Origin: Candidatus Poribacteria bacterium
GTDB taxonomy: Bacteria; Poribacteria; WGA-4E; PCPOR2b
DNA length: 64,000 nucleotides
Direction of reading: 5' to 3'
NCBI GenBank assembly: GCA_965198175.1
Contig: OZ240245.1
Span: 992,001 to 1,056,000 of the forward strand
Below the pieces are notes generated by a model, which was given only the letters and a program-made list of their open reading frames with translations, ran no database searches and was not told the origin of the DNA. Numbering within the stretch: position 1 is the stretch's first letter; each line of letters starts with the position of its first letter. Made by a program: the position numbers and the translations under genes. Positions 61,191-64,000 of this stretch are shown piece by piece.

Positions 61191-61769
61191 TTAAAACTGC
61201 CAATTGTTAATCATCAGGTGCATCACGATTCCTGAGATTAACGGCATTGTTACATTATCATCCAATCCAAGCGGGAAGAGTTCAATCAGCGTTGCCACAA
61301 CAGCCCCAGTGAGCGCAATAACCGGATGGAGTTTCATCAATAATGCAATCAATGCGCACACCGCGAAACACGCGAGGCTACCCTCTAAGCTTTTTTGCGA
61401 AGCAAGCTTGGTTCGTCCCCAATGTTTGCCAATTATGGCTGCAAACAAATCTCCTAAAATGAGAAAACAGATGCAAACGATAGCAAGCGTTTTCTCGAAA
61501 ACAAACACACAAAGAAATGATCCAATAAGGTAGTATGTTGCACCGGTAAACCCACCCTTTCGCTCCCGAGGGCGTAACATTGGGGATAATATCCGAACGA
61601 ATATGTTTAGGAACGATGGGGACAACCACTTCAAAAGCTCAATCAGCAAAGCAATGAAGGTGAGAATACCAACGATGAAAATTATAGTGTGTTGTTCGGT
61701 GAAGGAATAGATAATAGGAACAATTAGTCCAAGCAGATGAATGCCTTTGCGTTGAAGTTCCTGCGCCAT
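61191..61769 (-). CDS. CTP-dependent diacylglycerol/polyprenol kinase family membrane protein
   Basis: RKGIH, GDLFAAIIG, KSLEGS, DDN. Confidence 0.8.
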   Translation of the reverse strand: MAQELQRKGIHLLGLIVPIIYSFTEQHTIIFIVGILTFIALLIELLKWLSPSFLNIFVRILSPMLRPRERKGGFTGATYYLIGSFLCVFVFEKTLAIVCICFLILGDLFAAIIGKHWGRTKLASQKSLEGSLACFAVCALIALLMKLHPVIALTGAVVATLIELFPLGLDDNVTMPLISGIVMHLMINNWQF

Positions 61770-62196
61770 ATATTGCCACCTTCTTCCCTAAAGATTGCTT
61801 TCTTTATAGCAAGAAATATACCAATGGTGGCGATAAATCGGCAATTGTCAATTCCATGTCCTATTCTAGGGAATGGTTCACAGGTTGGTTTTGCACCTTT
61901 CCACAGTAAGAGCGGTCTTCCTCTACCACCACCAAATCATAATGCATGATATGTAAAGACATCGTTGACGTAGGGCGTATATCACTACGGTATAGAACAC
62001 ACCACAATGATCTTCAATTGCTTATGCGAGTTAAATCTATAGTGCAAACTTTTCATAATTGCGCAAAATTTGCATACCTCAGACTGGAATTGGGCATCAG
62101 CGATGTATGTAAGCACCGTAAATATGACAATCAATACGTTCTTGCACCAATTTAATCCTATTGGCAATTAACTGGATTTGTCGAAATTGTGATGGT

Positions 62197-64000
62197 TTAC
62201 TGGTGGGGATATGAGTTAGAGAAGCTATTGGGCATTGGGAAAGCGAGGCCATTCGTTTGTTGGGTAAGTATTGATTGAAAATTGCTGCCATTACCGGTGA
62301 CACCAATCACGTAAGCCCGAATGTCAAAAGATTGACAGATTTCGATCGCATGTTCCGGCGGATGGCTACCTGTGCTGGGTTCATCTGTAAAAGCAAGGAG
62401 AACACGGCTCGCATCAGAGCGAAAGCGAAGCTGGGGTAACCCCTCCACGATGGCGTCGATAAAATGTTCATCGCCCCCAAAGGGAAATCTCGTAAGTCTT
62501 TTTATCAACCCTTCGCTAATTGGCATCTGCGTGACAACCGTTCCATCAATTGATTTGATGGTGTCCTTCGCTTCAGCAAAACGAATCAGCCCAATTCGAT
62601 AGTCAATCGGCCAGAGTTCCAATTTTCCAAGAAATTCACTGATGCTGAGCATAACTGCTTCCGATTTTCCGCCCATGCTGCGACTGTAATCAAGCATGAT
62701 AACAATGTCAACCTTTGCGCGATTTGTTTTCGGCGTCGCCCTTTGTCCGGGAACATTTGCTGGCGACGTTTCCTCTGTATTTTCCTGCAAATTCAGCGCG
62801 TAGGGCAACACAGGTAACCCATCTTCACTTTGGTGAGAGGGTTGAGTATGTACCTCAGGGCTGGAATCAAGAACGCCTCGAGCAATATCTTTAACAATTT
62901 TTCGCACACTTCTGAGTAACTTTTCATTAGAATGGTATGACGCAGGTAAACCGCCGCGTTGGGTAACACCTCCCGGAATCTCTTGCCAGAGCCCATCCGT
63001 CGCTTCGGCGAGACGTTGTTGAAATGAGTCAGTGTGTCCCAGAACGTTGATATGAATGTCTTGTGATGCGTAATTGTCTAGCACCTTGTTACGCATCTCT
63101 TTGATTGCACCGGCTTTTCGCAAACTCGTTGTGGCAGGTTCATCCGTCACCAACACCAAGTGTTTGTCAGCGTCTGAATGAAATTGTATATAACTCAACG
63201 TAACCATCAATGCGTCAAGAGCATGTTCGTCGCCGCTGAGTTGGACATTCTTCATTCGGTGGCGAAGCAGTGCTACATCCGGCATAAGCGGTTTTGTCTT
63301 TACAGACTGTCCTCCTTGTTTTACACTGAATTCTAGCATGCCAAGATAATATTCGAGATTAATGTCGGTATATGCATCAGTCATAGTATAGAGGTGATCT
63401 GCAACCTGCTGAATGTTGTCTCGCATACTGGCACTGGTGTCAAGCACAAATACGACATTGACCTTATTTTTCTGTCGTGTTGCGATGATATGATCTGCGA
63501 TTCGGCGCAATACTTCTGCGAAGGGATTTTCATCTGGTACTGTTCCACCTCCACCGGAGCGATTTCCAATGGGACCAACATCTGCCGTGCCTGTCGATTC
63601 GAACATGTTAAGTCCGCCGGATCCATTCCCTTGTACGCGCTGACGAAAACTTTTGACGCCGTCCCCATCTCCAGGCAGTGCGGGGGTCGAAACTGTAGGG
63701 ATACGAACTTCTCGACTACTGAGTTGCCGAGCCGCTGTCATAACATCGGGCAATATGTCCTGAAGGTGCCTCTTATTAGCCGATGCGCTTTGAAGCAGGA
63801 GGCGTTTCGATGGATTGAGGGTTTCGTTAATCGGATGTTGGGTTGCCTGCAATTTGATGGTTTGGGGTTGGTCTGGAACCACTGAGCGGACCTGGTGTGA
63901 GGCGAAAAGGCGTGGTGGGGGTTTAAGTATCTTTCGACGTGGCTTTGGCAGGTCTTCTTCGTTGACGAGTTCAACGTCAACTGCATCCTCCAAATCTTCC
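62197..64000 (-). CDS. Double vWA-domain protein, 5'-truncated by window edge
   Basis: Two MIDAS motifs (DTSASM, DYSRSM), each followed by GDE and TDEP. Confidence 0.8.
   Translation of the reverse strand, partial: EDLEDAVDVELVNEEDLPKPRRKILKPPPRLFASHQVRSVVPDQPQTIKLQATQHPINETLNPSKRLLLQSASANKRHLQDILPDVMTAARQLSSREVRIPTVSTPALPGDGDGVKSFRQRVQGNGSGGLNMFESTGTADVGPIGNRSGGGGTVPDENPFAEVLRRIADHIIATRQKNKVNVVFVLDTSASMRDNIQQVADHLYTMTDAYTDINLEYYLGMLEFSVKQGGQSVKTKPLMPDVALLRHRMKNVQLSGDEHALDALMVTLSYIQFHSDADKHLVLVTDEPATTSLRKAGAIKEMRNKVLDNYASQDIHINVLGHTDSFQQRLAEATDGLWQEIPGGVTQRGGLPASYHSNEKLLRSVRKIVKDIARGVLDSSPEVHTQPSHQSEDGLPVLPYALNLQENTEETSPANVPGQRATPKTNRAKVDIVIMLDYSRSMGGKSEAVMLSISEFLGKLELWPIDYRIGLIRFAEAKDTIKSIDGTVVTQMPISEGLIKRLTRFPFGGDEHFIDAIVEGLPQLRFRSDASRVLLAFTDEPSTGSHPPEHAIEICQSFDIRAYVIGVTGNGSNFQSILTQQTNGLAFPMPNSFSNSYPHQ

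Overview
Bacterial chromosome segment. It is most likely Candidatus Poribacteria (a sponge symbiont), inferred from LamG proteins with a C-terminal VxPxxKLAxxWAxLK tail, an ECF-WD40 fusion, PQQ and Kelch propellers, and a PorV-like protein; no marker-gene search was run. Housekeeping content: 3' part of uvrA, tRNA-Val and tRNA-Asp, serS, hisI-trpE-trpG, mobA, larA-minCDE, and several oxidoreductases and hydrolases. Accessory content: a ~10 kb tandem array of 8 paralogous lipoprotein substrate-binding proteins (one pseudogene), a flavin-dependent halogenase, a REPIN-like element beside an 87-bp duplication, and a BlaI gene followed by a broken BlaR-like fusion. Two signals are absent from the ORF track. 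(1) A complete ribosome-dependent attenuator whose leader peptide interleaves His and Trp codons ([10 protein letters not shown]), upstream of the mixed hisI-trpE-trpG operon. (2) A rhodanese/sulfurtransferase overlapping the serS stop, with an in-frame UGA exactly at the catalytic Cys position, probably a selenoprotein. A conserved hairpin plus U-tract leader also precedes four genes of the binding-protein array.
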